DNA of 64,000 nt from Halobacteriovoraceae bacterium (GTDB lineage Bacteria; Bdellovibrionota; Bacteriovoracia; Bacteriovoracales; Bacteriovoracaceae), in NCBI GenBank assembly GCA_963719505.1, contig CAVRCF010000003.1, positions 64,001 through 128,000 of the forward strand, given 5' to 3'. The position numbers and the translations under genes were made by a program. The notes below the pieces were generated by a model. That model had not been told where the DNA came from, did not search any database, and was given only the letters and a program-made list of their open reading frames with translations. Each line of letters starts with the position of its first letter. Position 1 is the first letter of the stretch. Of this stretch, positions 1 to 10,340 are shown piece by piece.

Positions 1-501
1 GCTGCAAAAACGGCGAGTGAACTTATTATTTGTGTTGCAAGACGTGATACATGGAGAAAGCATGCTAAGCAGATGGTAGAGTTTTTTCAAAATCAAGAAG
101 GGGAGACACCAGAGTCCGTTTTGTCTTACTATTCAAACTTAGTATACCTTGCCAATACAGTAGGTCCTTTTGGGATCGTAGGTTGCTTTAAAAAACTTCT
201 TATTGGAGTAAAGAGACTGTCGGGCATAAGTCCTGGTGGAAATAGCTCTATCGCTGATATGAGGGTTTGGGCCCATAAGTCTACAGCTCTTGCTTGTGAG
301 AACATGATGCTGGCCTTTAGGGCCTATGGATATGACTCATGTCCTATGGAAGGATTTGATGAGAAAAAAGTAAAGAAGCTTCTCAAACTACCTAGAGGAG
401 CAGAACCTACCATGATTATTTCCGCGGGTAAGCGTGCGGAAAATGGTGTTTATGCTCCAAGAATACGATTTCCTAAAGAGCAGTTTTATTTTGAGATCTA
501 A
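1..501 (+). CDS. Nitroreductase family protein (5' truncated by window edge)
   Basis: Frame open from base 1; C-terminal 'ACENMMLAFRAYGYDSCPMEGFD' is typical of nitroreductases. Confidence 0.85.
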   Translation, partial: AAKTASELIICVARRDTWRKHAKQMVEFFQNQEGETPESVLSYYSNLVYLANTVGPFGIVGCFKKLLIGVKRLSGISPGGNSSIADMRVWAHKSTALACENMMLAFRAYGYDSCPMEGFDEKKVKKLLKLPRGAEPTMIISAGKRAENGVYAPRIRFPKEQFYFEI

Positions 502-589
502 AGTCCCTCAAGTGTCCAAGTTCTAGGCACCTAAGAGTAATACTTTCAATACATGCCTTATTGAAAACTCTTATTGATATAATGGACAG

Positions 590-1285
590 ATGAAAAAATA
601 TTCTGCCATTATTGTCTTTATTCTCTCTATCTCCACTGCTTTCGCAGATGTTGATCTCGCTATCGAAAGAACACATTCCATGAACTCTGAGTTTAACTTG
701 CTCACCCAAGGAAGTATCTCTATCAAAGAACTTTCCCTTGATATCCAAAACTTAGACTGGGAGAAAAAGTCAAACCCCGAGCAAAAAGGCAGTCTACGGG
801 AAGTAAGCTACAACTTTGGCCTTGATGAAAATGGTGATTTCATCGTTGAAAATATATATGTCGGCTCAAGTAACTCAGCTCAAATTACTATGGCCCATCA
901 CAAAATTAAAAAGTGGCTTGGACAATTTCATTCCCATCCCTATAAGTATGAATCCGTGAGAAATAACCCCTTCAGTACTCAAGATATTTTTATGGCTTTT
1001 GAAAAAGTTCGACATACGGATAAGGGATTTATTTGGCTATTGGGAGCAGGAGATTATTACTTTGCTCTTGAAGTTTTAGATCCTCAAAAGATGACAGATT
1101 TCTATAAGGAACAAACAATTATAGCGAAATCAAAAGGCTACCAATTTGTGCGAGACTATTTACAGAAAAAGTATTATGGAGCCAGAGGTGGTAGTTCGGT
1201 TTTAGAAACAATGTCCAATTCGGTTATGGCCATTGTTCAAGATGAGAAAGTATCGGGATTGAGATTTCTCACAATCCCCAGATAA
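590..1285 (+). CDS. Secreted protein with JAB/MPN-like metal-binding motif
   Basis: Signal peptide (MKKYSAIIVFILSISTAFA); upstream Glu (LREV) plus GQFHSHP-x11-STQD. Confidence 0.55.
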   Translation: MKKYSAIIVFILSISTAFADVDLAIERTHSMNSEFNLLTQGSISIKELSLDIQNLDWEKKSNPEQKGSLREVSYNFGLDENGDFIVENIYVGSSNSAQITMAHHKIKKWLGQFHSHPYKYESVRNNPFSTQDIFMAFEKVRHTDKGFIWLLGAGDYYFALEVLDPQKMTDFYKEQTIIAKSKGYQFVRDYLQKKYYGARGGSSVLETMSNSVMAIVQDEKVSGLRFLTIPR

Positions 1286-1293
1286 TTCAAAGA

Positions 1294-1665
1294 TTATTTT
1301 TTGTCTTCAGTTGCTTCTGATTCAGGAGCAGCCGTTGGAGCTGTATCAGTTGGAATCGCTGATCCAGCGTTTGCAGCATCATTATTAAGAGGAGCAGCTA
1401 CAGGAGTTTCATCATCAAAGATAGATTCTTTCGATGTTTTAGATGTCAGTGATGTTAAAATTACTGAATTAACCATGAATGCAATGGCCAAAAATGTCGT
1501 CATCTTTGTAAAGAAGTTTCCTTTTGAGCTTGATGTAAACACAGCTTGAGAAGAACCCCCGCCCATCATTGCACCTGCTTCAGCACCTTTTCCAAATTGA
1601 ACAAGAACTGTAACAGTTAAAAGTATACATATAACAACGTGTAAAATAATTAATCCAGATAACAT
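1294..1665 (-). CDS. secG: Preprotein translocase subunit SecG
   Basis: 'VLVQFGKGAEAGAMMGGGSSQAVF...FTKMT' pattern, two TM helices, canonical position downstream of tpiA. Confidence 0.92.
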   Translation of the reverse strand: MLSGLIILHVVICILLTVTVLVQFGKGAEAGAMMGGGSSQAVFTSSSKGNFFTKMTTFLAIAFMVNSVILTSLTSKTSKESIFDDETPVAAPLNNDAANAGSAIPTDTAPTAAPESEATEDKK

Positions 1666-1760
1666 GTTTGATTTCCTTAATTTAATCTATCTCTAATAAT
1701 CAAATGATTATAAACATTTCCAAGCTATTCTTCTAGCAAATAAAGTTTCTCTTTGCAAGA

Positions 1761-2495
1761 TTATGCGTTGCAAAGATCTATAAAGCTTTCTGCATCAAGG
1801 CTAGCACCACCAACGAGGCCACCATTTATATTCGGCTGAGCGAGAAGCTCTGCAACATTTGATGGCTTAACCGATCCACCATATAAAATGCTGATATTGG
1901 CACCGTGAGCATGGTAAAGCTGTCCAATTTTTTCTCGAATAGCCCCGTGAACTTCTTCTGCTTGTTCCGGACTTGCCGTTTTTCCCGTACCAATTGCCCA
2001 AACTGGCTCGTAGGCTATAATAATATCGTCAGGGCTCTTAAGACTTATATTTTTTAACGCGGCACTTAGCTGTCCTAAAACAACATCTAAAGTTTCACCA
2101 TTCTCGCGTTGCTCTAAGCTCTCTCCAATGCAAATGACTGGAACGAGTCCAATCTCTAAAAGCTTTTGGGTCTTCTCATTAATGAGCTGATCAGTTTCAC
2201 TAAAAAGAGATCTTCTCTCTGAGTGTCCAACCAAACAAAAATGAGCTCCAATTTCTTTTAAATTTACAGGGGAAGTCTCGCCTGTGAATGCACCGGAGTC
2301 ATAATTGGAGCAATTTTGCGCTCCAATTTTAATTTTCCCGCTGTGCTTGAGGCATGTACTTATGTGGAGAGTCTGAGGAGCAACCCAGTAATTTCCTTTT
2401 TTAAGATTAGCTTCTTCAATTGTGTAGAAGAAATCATTGATCTCTTCTAAACTTTGATTCATCTTCCAGTTTCCAATCATATAAACTTTTGCCAT
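1761..2495 (-). CDS. tpiA: Triosephosphate isomerase
   Basis: GNWKMN, GHSERR, AYEPVWAIGTG, LYGGSV, LVGGASL; start taken at ATG 2495, adjacent to the pgk stop. Confidence 0.98.
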   Translation of the reverse strand: MAKVYMIGNWKMNQSLEEINDFFYTIEEANLKKGNYWVAPQTLHISTCLKHSGKIKIGAQNCSNYDSGAFTGETSPVNLKEIGAHFCLVGHSERRSLFSETDQLINEKTQKLLEIGLVPVICIGESLEQRENGETLDVVLGQLSAALKNISLKSPDDIIIAYEPVWAIGTGKTASPEQAEEVHGAIREKIGQLYHAHGANISILYGGSVKPSNVAELLAQPNINGGLVGGASLDAESFIDLCNA

Positions 2496-2496
2496 C

Positions 2497-3684
2497 TTAT
2501 ACTCCAAACCTTAAAGCTTTCACTCCAGGGAGCTCGCCTCTTTCGATGTATTCTAAACTAGCACCACCACCAGTTGAGATATGTGAAAATTTGTCTGCAA
2601 ATCCTGATTTATTAACGGCACTAACTGAATCTCCACCACCGACAAGTGAAAAAGAGTCTGAGTTTGCCACTGCTTCAGCTATGGCCATCGTCCCTTTAGC
2701 AAAGTCAGCATTTTCAAAAAGCCCCATCGGACCATTCCAAAGAACAGTTTTCGCTTCATTGATAATTGCTTGATACTGGCTGATTGTACTTGGGCCAATA
2801 TCAAGTCCCATACAGTCTTTAGGAATATCTTTAGTTTCGCAAAGCTGTGGTTTTCCACCAAACTCTTTGGAGATAATATGATCAGTAGGAAGTTTTACCT
2901 TAAAAGCCTTGTCGGCTTTTAAAATTTTGGTGGCAAGGGCCACATCTTCATCACTACAAAGAGAAGTACCAACCTCAGCACCCTTTGACTTAAGAAATGG
3001 ATAAGCCATAGCTCCACCAATGATGAGACTATCTACATTGACAATGAGCTTCTCTATCGTTTTGATTTTATCACTAACTTTTGCACCACCAACGATGGCA
3101 ACAAATGGCTTGTCTGGTTTACCCAAAATTTTATCTAAGGCTTGAATTTCTTTTTTCATAAGAAATCCACCGTAGTTTCTCGCCTGGAAAAATTTATTGA
3201 TAATATGAGTTGATGCATGCTCTCTATGAGCTGCACCAAAGGCATCATTGAGGTAAACCTCACCGTACTGGGCTAGCTTTGCAGCAAAGTCCTCATCATT
3301 CTCTTCTTCTTCTGGATGAAAACGCAAGTTCTGTAAAAGGACAATTTTGGTCTGCCCAAGAGTAAGAAGCTCCTTGACCCCTGCATCTACAGCTGATTCC
3401 GCCATAATGACATCGACATCTAGCTTGCTTGCAAGATAAGTGGCAACTGGCTCTAAGCTATAATCCATATTCACTTTACCGTCAGGTCTCCCAAGGTGGC
3501 TCATAAGAGTAATCTTAGAAGCCCCGTTGTCGAGAAGGTACTGGATCGTTGGAAGAGCTAAATCAATACGACTTGTATCTGTGATTTTAGTTCTATCTTT
3601 TTTATCCAAAGGCACGTTGAAATCAAACCTCGCAAGTACTCTTTTTCCCTGTAGGTCAGCTTCGTCTATGAACTTTAAAGCCAT
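2497..3684 (-). CDS. pgk: Phosphoglycerate kinase
   Basis: RFDFNVP, SHLGRP, GGAKVSDK, WNGPMG, GGGDS, HISTGGGA. Confidence 0.98.
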   Translation of the reverse strand: MALKFIDEADLQGKRVLARFDFNVPLDKKDRTKITDTSRIDLALPTIQYLLDNGASKITLMSHLGRPDGKVNMDYSLEPVATYLASKLDVDVIMAESAVDAGVKELLTLGQTKIVLLQNLRFHPEEEENDEDFAAKLAQYGEVYLNDAFGAAHREHASTHIINKFFQARNYGGFLMKKEIQALDKILGKPDKPFVAIVGGAKVSDKIKTIEKLIVNVDSLIIGGAMAYPFLKSKGAEVGTSLCSDEDVALATKILKADKAFKVKLPTDHIISKEFGGKPQLCETKDIPKDCMGLDIGPSTISQYQAIINEAKTVLWNGPMGLFENADFAKGTMAIAEAVANSDSFSLVGGGDSVSAVNKSGFADKFSHISTGGGASLEYIERGELPGVKALRFGV

Positions 3685-3714
3685 TGTTTATTCCTTATTT
3701 ATTATCGGTTACAA

Positions 3715-4737
3715 TTACATTTTACTTGCAACATAAGATGCAAGATCAACAACTCTATTTGAGAATCCAACTTCATTGTCATACCAAGTAACGATCTTTG
3801 CAGAGTTACCGATAACATTAGTTAGGCCTGGATCAAAAATAGATGAATGAGGGTTACCGAGGAAGTCAACAGAGACAAGAGGCTCTTCTTCATAACCTAA
3901 AATATTTTTCATTGATCCCATGCTAGCTTCTTTCATAGCATTATTAATTTCTTCTTTTGTTGCAGCTTTTTTCAGATTAACAGTTAAATCTACCATTGAT
4001 ACGTCAGGAGTTGGGACTCTTACTGCATAACCATCAAGCTTCCCTGCAAGTTCTGGAAGAACAAGTCCAACTGCTTTTGCTGCACCTGTTGTTGTTGGAA
4101 TCATGCTCATCGCTGCTGCGCGAGCACGTCTTGGGTCAGAGTGCGTTTTATCTAAAAGGTTTTGATCACCAGTGTATGCATGGATAGTTGTCATAAGACC
4201 GTTTTCAATTCCAAAAGTATCGTTTAGAACTTTTGCAACTGGCGCAAGACAGTTTGTTGTGCAACTTGCGTTTGAAATAATATGGTGGTTAGCTGGGTCA
4301 TAACTTGTGTGGTTAATACCAAAGACAAAAGTTCCATCGAGATCATTTCCTGGAGCACACATAATAACTTTTTTAACTGTTCCACCGATATGTTTTCCAA
4401 GTCCTGCTTTATCTTTAAAGATTCCAGTTCCATCGATAACGATATCAACTTTTTCCTCAGACCAAGGAATCGCACTTGGATCTTTGTCACCAAAGATAGT
4501 CATTTTCATATCACCTGCGTGAAGAACATTACCCTCAAGATTTACTTCAGCTGGAAATTTTCCATGAAGTGAATCGTATTTGAAAAGTCTCGCCAACTGA
4601 TCAAGCTTACCTGGATTATTGATGGCAACGATCTCAATATTGGAATAAAGGCCTTCTTGTTTTCTTTTATAAAACTCTCTAACAACTGTTCTACCAATTC
4701 TTCCGAATCCATTTATTCCTAGTCTGATTGTACTCAT
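3715..4737 (-). CDS. gap: Glyceraldehyde-3-phosphate dehydrogenase type I
   Basis: GINGFGRIGR, SNASCTTNCL, WYDNE; likely start MSTIRLG at 4737 with upstream AAGGTGG SD-like sequence. Confidence 0.98.
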   Translation of the reverse strand: MSTIRLGINGFGRIGRTVVREFYKRKQEGLYSNIEIVAINNPGKLDQLARLFKYDSLHGKFPAEVNLEGNVLHAGDMKMTIFGDKDPSAIPWSEEKVDIVIDGTGIFKDKAGLGKHIGGTVKKVIMCAPGNDLDGTFVFGINHTSYDPANHHIISNASCTTNCLAPVAKVLNDTFGIENGLMTTIHAYTGDQNLLDKTHSDPRRARAAAMSMIPTTTGAAKAVGLVLPELAGKLDGYAVRVPTPDVSMVDLTVNLKKAATKEEINNAMKEASMGSMKNILGYEEEPLVSVDFLGNPHSSIFDPGLTNVIGNSAKIVTWYDNEVGFSNRVVDLASYVASKM

Positions 4738-4868
4738 CTTTACCACCTTGTGCTTTGCAAAAATAATGTTTAAAAATTTCAAGTGAGTTTATCCCATTTA
4801 ACGCTATCTTGCTAGATTTCTAATGAATTTTCTGCCACACTTTGGGCTTAATTTAATGAGGAGAATAA

Positions 4869-5960
4869 ATGTCGCTGCCGCGAGTAAAAATTGCTGATCT
4901 AAAGCCAAAAGAAAATATAAAATCTGTCTTTCTCATTAAATACATCGCTGTAATGGAAGCTAAAGATGGGAAAAAGTATCTGAATATCATCTTAACTGAT
5001 GGAAAAGGGGACTTGGAAGGTAGATCCTGGTCTCAAGCCGAAGAAATTGAAGAAAAATTCAAAAAGGGTGACTTCATCCTTGTCGAAGGAAAGATCAATC
5101 TCTTTCAAGGCCGAAAACAGTTTATCATGCAAAGATATGACTCAGTGGACTCAAGTTTGCTCAACTTAGATGACTTTATTTTAAAATCAGATAAAGACCC
5201 TGAAAGAATGTATGAAGAGCTTTTAGCTATCGTTAAGAATCTCGATGACTACTATATAAGAGAGCTTATTCTAAGCATCATCACGGACGATGAGATTTCA
5301 AGGCGATTGAAAACCTGGCAAGCGGGCAAGACAATTCATCATGCCTATAGGTCAGGTCTCCTTGAACATATCCTTTCTTGTACCAATTTAGCTGTAACCC
5401 TTAGTCCCCATTACAATGTAAATGTAAATTATGTCGTAGCAGGAACTATTTTGCATGACCTTTGCAAGGTCTATGAACTTACCGACGGGGTCAATATTGA
5501 ATACACCGAAGAAGGTAAACTGGTTGGACACTTGGTGAAGATACTGGAAGTCATGGATCGATTTAGTTACAAGATAAAGGATTTTCCTTACCAGTTAAAG
5601 CTCCACTTAAAGCATATTATGCTCTCTCATCACGGCCACTATGAGTATGGATCTCCAAAGATTCCTCAAACCTCTGAAGCAATGCTTGTGCATCTTATCG
5701 ATATGATGGATTCCAAAATGCACTCATTTGAAACGGTGAAGAGAAACGATAGCAATACTGGTCACTGGACAGGTTTTGTAAAACATCTCGATAGAATTAT
5801 CTATAAGGATGAACTTCCTTTTTTCCCAGAACCCATCTCGGACAGTAATAGTAGAAGCCCTGCTAAGACTCCGACAAAAAATAATTCAAAACCCATTAAT
5901 AAAGAAATTAAAAATAACTTAGGAAGTCTGCTCAAAGACTTTAAGGTAGGTGAAGAGTGA
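4869..5960 (+). CDS. yhaM: 3'-5' exoribonuclease YhaM-like (OB fold + HD domain)
   Basis: N-terminal OB fold; HHAYRSGLLEH, LHDLCK, SHHG..EYGSP, HLIDMMDS. Confidence 0.88.
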   Translation: MSLPRVKIADLKPKENIKSVFLIKYIAVMEAKDGKKYLNIILTDGKGDLEGRSWSQAEEIEEKFKKGDFILVEGKINLFQGRKQFIMQRYDSVDSSLLNLDDFILKSDKDPERMYEELLAIVKNLDDYYIRELILSIITDDEISRRLKTWQAGKTIHHAYRSGLLEHILSCTNLAVTLSPHYNVNVNYVVAGTILHDLCKVYELTDGVNIEYTEEGKLVGHLVKILEVMDRFSYKIKDFPYQLKLHLKHIMLSHHGHYEYGSPKIPQTSEAMLVHLIDMMDSKMHSFETVKRNDSNTGHWTGFVKHLDRIIYKDELPFFPEPISDSNSRSPAKTPTKNNSKPINKEIKNNLGSLLKDFKVGEE

Positions 5961-6481
5961 CTGTATTATTAAAACAAATCTTTGGATTTTTAAAACTTCT
6001 CAATTCAGACAAAGGTGAAAACCAAATAGCCGTGGGCATAGCCTGTGGCTTAATTTTAGGTTTTGCTCCAAGCTTCTCCTTACAAACACTTATTGTTATT
6101 GTGATTCTTTTTTTCTTTCGCATTCAAATCGGTGCCGCAATGATAGGTATGTTCTTTTTTGCCATCATTGCTTGGATTTTTGATCCTGTGTTTGATTCGA
6201 TTGGAAGAGCAACGCTTGAATTGTCCAGTATGAAAGGTCTCTTTACAGCAATGTACAACATGCCAATCGTTCCTTTTACGAAATTTAACAACTCTGTTGT
6301 CATGGGGTCTTTGGTCTTGTCCTTTATTTTAGCACCACTAGTTTTTATCATTTCAAAGGTTCTCATTATTAAATACAGAATAGCTGTCTTTGAGAGGTTT
6401 AAAGATTCAAAATTCTTTAAAGCCGTTAAAGCGACGGGATTCTATAAATGGTATGCAAAATACGATTCACTTTATAATTAA
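5957..6481 (+). CDS. TIGR03546-like (DUF2062) membrane protein
   Basis: 'LNS...NQIAVGIACG', 'FTKFNNSVVMGS'; paired with a TIGR03545-like gene. Confidence 0.8.
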   Translation: MTVLLKQIFGFLKLLNSDKGENQIAVGIACGLILGFAPSFSLQTLIVIVILFFFRIQIGAAMIGMFFFAIIAWIFDPVFDSIGRATLELSSMKGLFTAMYNMPIVPFTKFNNSVVMGSLVLSFILAPLVFIISKVLIIKYRIAVFERFKDSKFFKAVKATGFYKWYAKYDSLYN

Positions 6482-6495
6482 TTTTAGGAAACAAT

Positions 6496-8382
6496 ATGTC
6501 TGATGAACTTAAAAATAAAAAAGTAAAAAAACAAAAAGGTCCTATTCGAACTGGAGCAGTGCTACCTTTTATCATTTTTGTTGCTGTTGTCACGGTGTTC
6601 AATATTTTCTTTCTCGATAATATTGTAAAAAACTCTATGGAGTATATTGGGCAAAAAGCTAACGGGGCTGAGGTGAATATAAGTCAAGTTAATATTGGGT
6701 TAACAGACTTAAGCTTTAAAGTCTTAAAGATGGAGTTCACGGATCCAGAAAAACCAGATTTTAACCGTTTTGAAATTGGTGAGATTAGTTTTAAGGCATT
6801 GTGGGATGGAGTTTTAAGGGCGAAGCTCGTTGTCAATAAAGCTTTCTTAAGAGATATAAAAGCTAAAACAAAACGAAGTTTTACCGGTTATGTTGTCCCT
6901 GAGGAAGAGAAAAAAACAGCCTTCACTGCTGAAGTCCTTGAGAAAACCCAAAAGGAATTCGCTGGAAATGTTCTAGGAGATATTGCCTCTCTCATCACGG
7001 GAACAAGTGTAACGAAAGGGATGCGAGTTGAAGATAACTTAGAAAGTAAAAAGAAGTACGAGGAACTTTCAACCCAGGTGGATGAAAGGGCCAAAGAGAT
7101 GGATCAAGCCTTTAAAAGCCTTCCCAATAAAGACCAGCTAGAAGATTTAAAAAAGAGATTTGAAAAAATCAAATGGAATGACATTGGTAATATTACCAAG
7201 GCCCCTAAAGTTTTAGCTGATATTGATCAACTAAAAAAAGATGTGGACGATACAAAAGAAAAGATTGAAAGAGCAAATAAACTAGTGAACCAAAACGTAA
7301 AGTTTATCAATGAAGGGCAAAAAGAAATTCAAACTCTTGTCAAAAAAGACATTGAAGGAGTTCAAAAAAGACTAAAACTTCCAACGCTTGATACTAAAAC
7401 AATCGCGAAGCTTCTTTTTGGAAACCAGGTTCTCGATAAAATCCAAACGGCTGAGAGACTTCACGCTCAAATAAAGGATTATCTACCACCTAAGAAAACA
7501 AAAGAGCAAAAAGAGGCGAGTAAGCCAGACTATACTAAGCACCCAAGAGGTAAAGGGCTAGACTATCAGTTTGTGAAAACGAAATCCTATCCACCAGTTT
7601 GGATTCAAAAAGTCATTATTGACTCACAAAATGATCAAGGGAAAGTATCAGGTGAGATAAATGATATTACTAATAACCAAAAGATAGTAGGAAAGCCGAC
7701 AACACTAAAGATCCAAGCGGACCTGGTGAAAGAGAACTTAAGAGATATTGTTATCACGGGATCATTTGATCACAGAGATATTTCAAAAGATAGTGTGGAC
7801 ATGACCATTGGAAGTTATCCTGTGAGTAATAAAGCACTTTCGAAATCTAAGTCCGCTAAGCTTATTATCGATAAAGCTCGCGGTGAAGCTGTTTTTAACG
7901 TGACTTTCATTGAGTCAATCCTGAGCTTTAAAGCAACAAATTATTACAAAGAAATTGTTTATGAGTACGATGCCGAATCTGACACAATGAAAGAGGTTCT
8001 GGGTGCAATTGCGAATGATACAAAAGTTATATCAATGCAAGCAACTGCTAAAGGAAAAATAAATGATTTAAATTGGGATATTAGAACTAACCTTGCGAGT
8101 GCGATTCAAAAATCTGTTGGGAACCTTATTCAAAATAAAATCAATAAAGCTAAAGCTGATATCGAAAATGAAATTAATAAATCTCTTTCTGGATCCAAAT
8201 CCCAGTTAAACTCAAAGCTTGCTTCATTTAAAAATGAATACGAGTCAAAATTGAATAAACAAAAGAGTCAGTTTGATAATTTTAAAGATCAGATTGATGA
8301 TAGACGAAAGAAAGAAGAGAAAAAAGCGAAGTCGTCACTTGAGGATAAAGCTAAAAAGCTCTTCAAGGGAATTAAGTTTTAA
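6496..8382 (+). CDS. TIGR03545-like protein (AsmA-like N-terminus, coiled coils)
   Basis: N-terminal TM, 'ANGAEVNI', 'RGKG.DY.F...YP..WI', long coiled coils. Confidence 0.78.
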   Translation: MSDELKNKKVKKQKGPIRTGAVLPFIIFVAVVTVFNIFFLDNIVKNSMEYIGQKANGAEVNISQVNIGLTDLSFKVLKMEFTDPEKPDFNRFEIGEISFKALWDGVLRAKLVVNKAFLRDIKAKTKRSFTGYVVPEEEKKTAFTAEVLEKTQKEFAGNVLGDIASLITGTSVTKGMRVEDNLESKKKYEELSTQVDERAKEMDQAFKSLPNKDQLEDLKKRFEKIKWNDIGNITKAPKVLADIDQLKKDVDDTKEKIERANKLVNQNVKFINEGQKEIQTLVKKDIEGVQKRLKLPTLDTKTIAKLLFGNQVLDKIQTAERLHAQIKDYLPPKKTKEQKEASKPDYTKHPRGKGLDYQFVKTKSYPPVWIQKVIIDSQNDQGKVSGEINDITNNQKIVGKPTTLKIQADLVKENLRDIVITGSFDHRDISKDSVDMTIGSYPVSNKALSKSKSAKLIIDKARGEAVFNVTFIESILSFKATNYYKEIVYEYDAESDTMKEVLGAIANDTKVISMQATAKGKINDLNWDIRTNLASAIQKSVGNLIQNKINKAKADIENEINKSLSGSKSQLNSKLASFKNEYESKLNKQKSQFDNFKDQIDDRRKKEEKKAKSSLEDKAKKLFKGIKF

Positions 8383-9142
8383 AAAATAAATTTAAGGAAT
8401 TTTCATAAAAGTATTTGGCCGCAACTTCAGGACTTACTCCCTTCAGTTCGGCCATCTTGTCTAAAATAAAAGGCAGATAAAAAGGAGCATTCTCCTTACC
8501 TCTATGTGGCACTGGGGTTAAAAATGGGGCATCAGTCTCTATTAAAAGGTTTTCAATCGGAGCGTATTTTACATTCTCTCGAACCTCTTCAGCTTTTTTA
8601 AATGTAATAATACCGTTAAAACCTAGATAAAAACCTTCATCTATAGCCTTAGTTGCTAATTGACGAGTGGAGGTAAAACTATGGATAACGCCTTTTCTAC
8701 TTAGCTTAGGAGCATATTCACTAAGCATGGCAATCATATCCTCATCAGCATCCCTTGAATGGATAATGACGGGCTTTTTAGTATCGACAGCTATTTGAAG
8801 TTGCTCTTCAAAAACTTCAAGTTGTTTTTTTCTTGGAGAATTATCATAGTGGTAATCAAGCCCAATTTCGCCTACGGCTACCATTTTTGTTTCAGATGTT
8901 CTTTGCGCAATTTTTTTCATTACCTCTTGGGTTGATTCTTTTGCATCGTGGGGGTGAATACCCTGAGAGAAATAGATGAGATCATTATTCGTCGAAATCT
9001 CAAAAACTTTATCCAAATTCTCTGGATCAACACCGATGGTGATAATTTTTTCAATTCCAACATCGGTGCATTTTTGAATAATCTCATCAAGTGGAAGCTG
9101 TTTGAGGTAGTCCAAATGACAATGAGTCTCAATTATTTTCAT
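8372..9142 (-). CDS. tatD: TatD family hydrolase/DNase
   Basis: ETHCHL, GIHPH, VGEIGLDY, HSR, HSF, ETDAPFL. Confidence 0.93.
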   Translation of the reverse strand: MKIIETHCHLDYLKQLPLDEIIQKCTDVGIEKIITIGVDPENLDKVFEISTNNDLIYFSQGIHPHDAKESTQEVMKKIAQRTSETKMVAVGEIGLDYHYDNSPRKKQLEVFEEQLQIAVDTKKPVIIHSRDADEDMIAMLSEYAPKLSRKGVIHSFTSTRQLATKAIDEGFYLGFNGIITFKKAEEVRENVKYAPIENLLIETDAPFLTPVPHRGKENAPFYLPFILDKMAELKGVSPEVAAKYFYENSLNLFFKT

Positions 9143-10314
9143 TATTTTTTACTTCTTTTTAAAATCTCATCCATAATTGCGGTCATAACACTGACCCCTC
9201 TGGCTCCTTCGAGTTTTCTTCCGTTGAGGATAATTGTGGGAGTTGACTGAAGATTGTACTGATCTCCTGAGAGAATCGTCATCTGAATATCTTCCTGAAT
9301 ATTTTTATTTTCAAAACAATTCGAGAGCTCAAATTTCTCTCTCCACTGCTCAATATTTTCATAACTTAATTGGCTTTGGTTTTCAAAGATAAAGTCATGA
9401 ACTTCAGGAAACTTTTCTTTGTCACAAGCCGCAAGGTACGCTGCACGGCAGGCGAACTTGTGAAAGGATGATTTTATTTTTGGGTTACAGCTATTATCAA
9501 GTGGATAAAACATATACTGAACATTGATATTGCCTTTGTATTTTTTTATTAACTCATCAACATTAGCGGCGACATTTTTACAAAAGGGACATTCAAAGTC
9601 CGAATAAAGAGAAAGTCTAAGCGGGGCATCCGAAAATTTTTCTGTACTCATCACAAGCTTATATGGAGACTCTGAGGCAGGGTCGCCAGGGATAGAGAGC
9701 TTAAAGAACTGCTCAATATACTGTCCATTTAGACTTTCCTGACTCTTCTTCTTTGATACAAAATGATTATGCATGAAAATTGCAGGAACGATCGTAATCA
9801 CAGCAAAAGGTATAATCGTCTTTAATCCTAATCCAAAGCGAGCATCACTTTTCTTAATGAATATAAAAGCGGCAATGAAAGAGAGAATGTAGTAGACGGT
9901 ACACATTGGGCAAAGTCCACCAAGAGCCACTAAAGAGTAGATAAAAAGAACTGCACATCCTAGGGCATTGAAAATAACAAGAGTTTTTACCGTTTTTTCA
10001 CTTTCTTCACTTGGAAAGATATTAGCAAAAATTCCCATGACCCCAATAATAATTCCGAAAAAGGCAGTGGGCACGTGGAAGAAACTTCCTAAAGGAGATA
10101 GGGAGGCTTTATCACATCCCCAAAACTCATTTATTGAGCAAAATGAATCGCCTGTGATACCAGTTGGAAAATGAGCCTCGTAAAAATGATTAGTGAGGTA
10201 GCCACTAACAATAATCATACCGACTGAAATAAGAAGATAAATGAGATTTGGAGTTGTAAGTCCATTAAGAGTCAGTCGTTGATTCCCGTTTTGGTTAGCA
10301 TTTTTGTTTTTCAT
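9142..10314 (-). CDS. VKOR domain fused to DsbA-like thioredoxin domain
   Basis: VKOR loop cysteines (CSINEFWGC), TM CPMC; C-terminal SDFECPFC and STPTIILNG. Confidence 0.85.
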   Translation of the reverse strand: MKNKNANQNGNQRLTLNGLTTPNLIYLLISVGMIIVSGYLTNHFYEAHFPTGITGDSFCSINEFWGCDKASLSPLGSFFHVPTAFFGIIIGVMGIFANIFPSEESEKTVKTLVIFNALGCAVLFIYSLVALGGLCPMCTVYYILSFIAAFIFIKKSDARFGLGLKTIIPFAVITIVPAIFMHNHFVSKKKSQESLNGQYIEQFFKLSIPGDPASESPYKLVMSTEKFSDAPLRLSLYSDFECPFCKNVAANVDELIKKYKGNINVQYMFYPLDNSCNPKIKSSFHKFACRAAYLAACDKEKFPEVHDFIFENQSQLSYENIEQWREKFELSNCFENKNIQEDIQMTILSGDQYNLQSTPTIILNGRKLEGARGVSVMTAIMDEILKRSKK

Positions 10315-10340
10315 TATTTCACCTTTTTCTTTTTATTATA

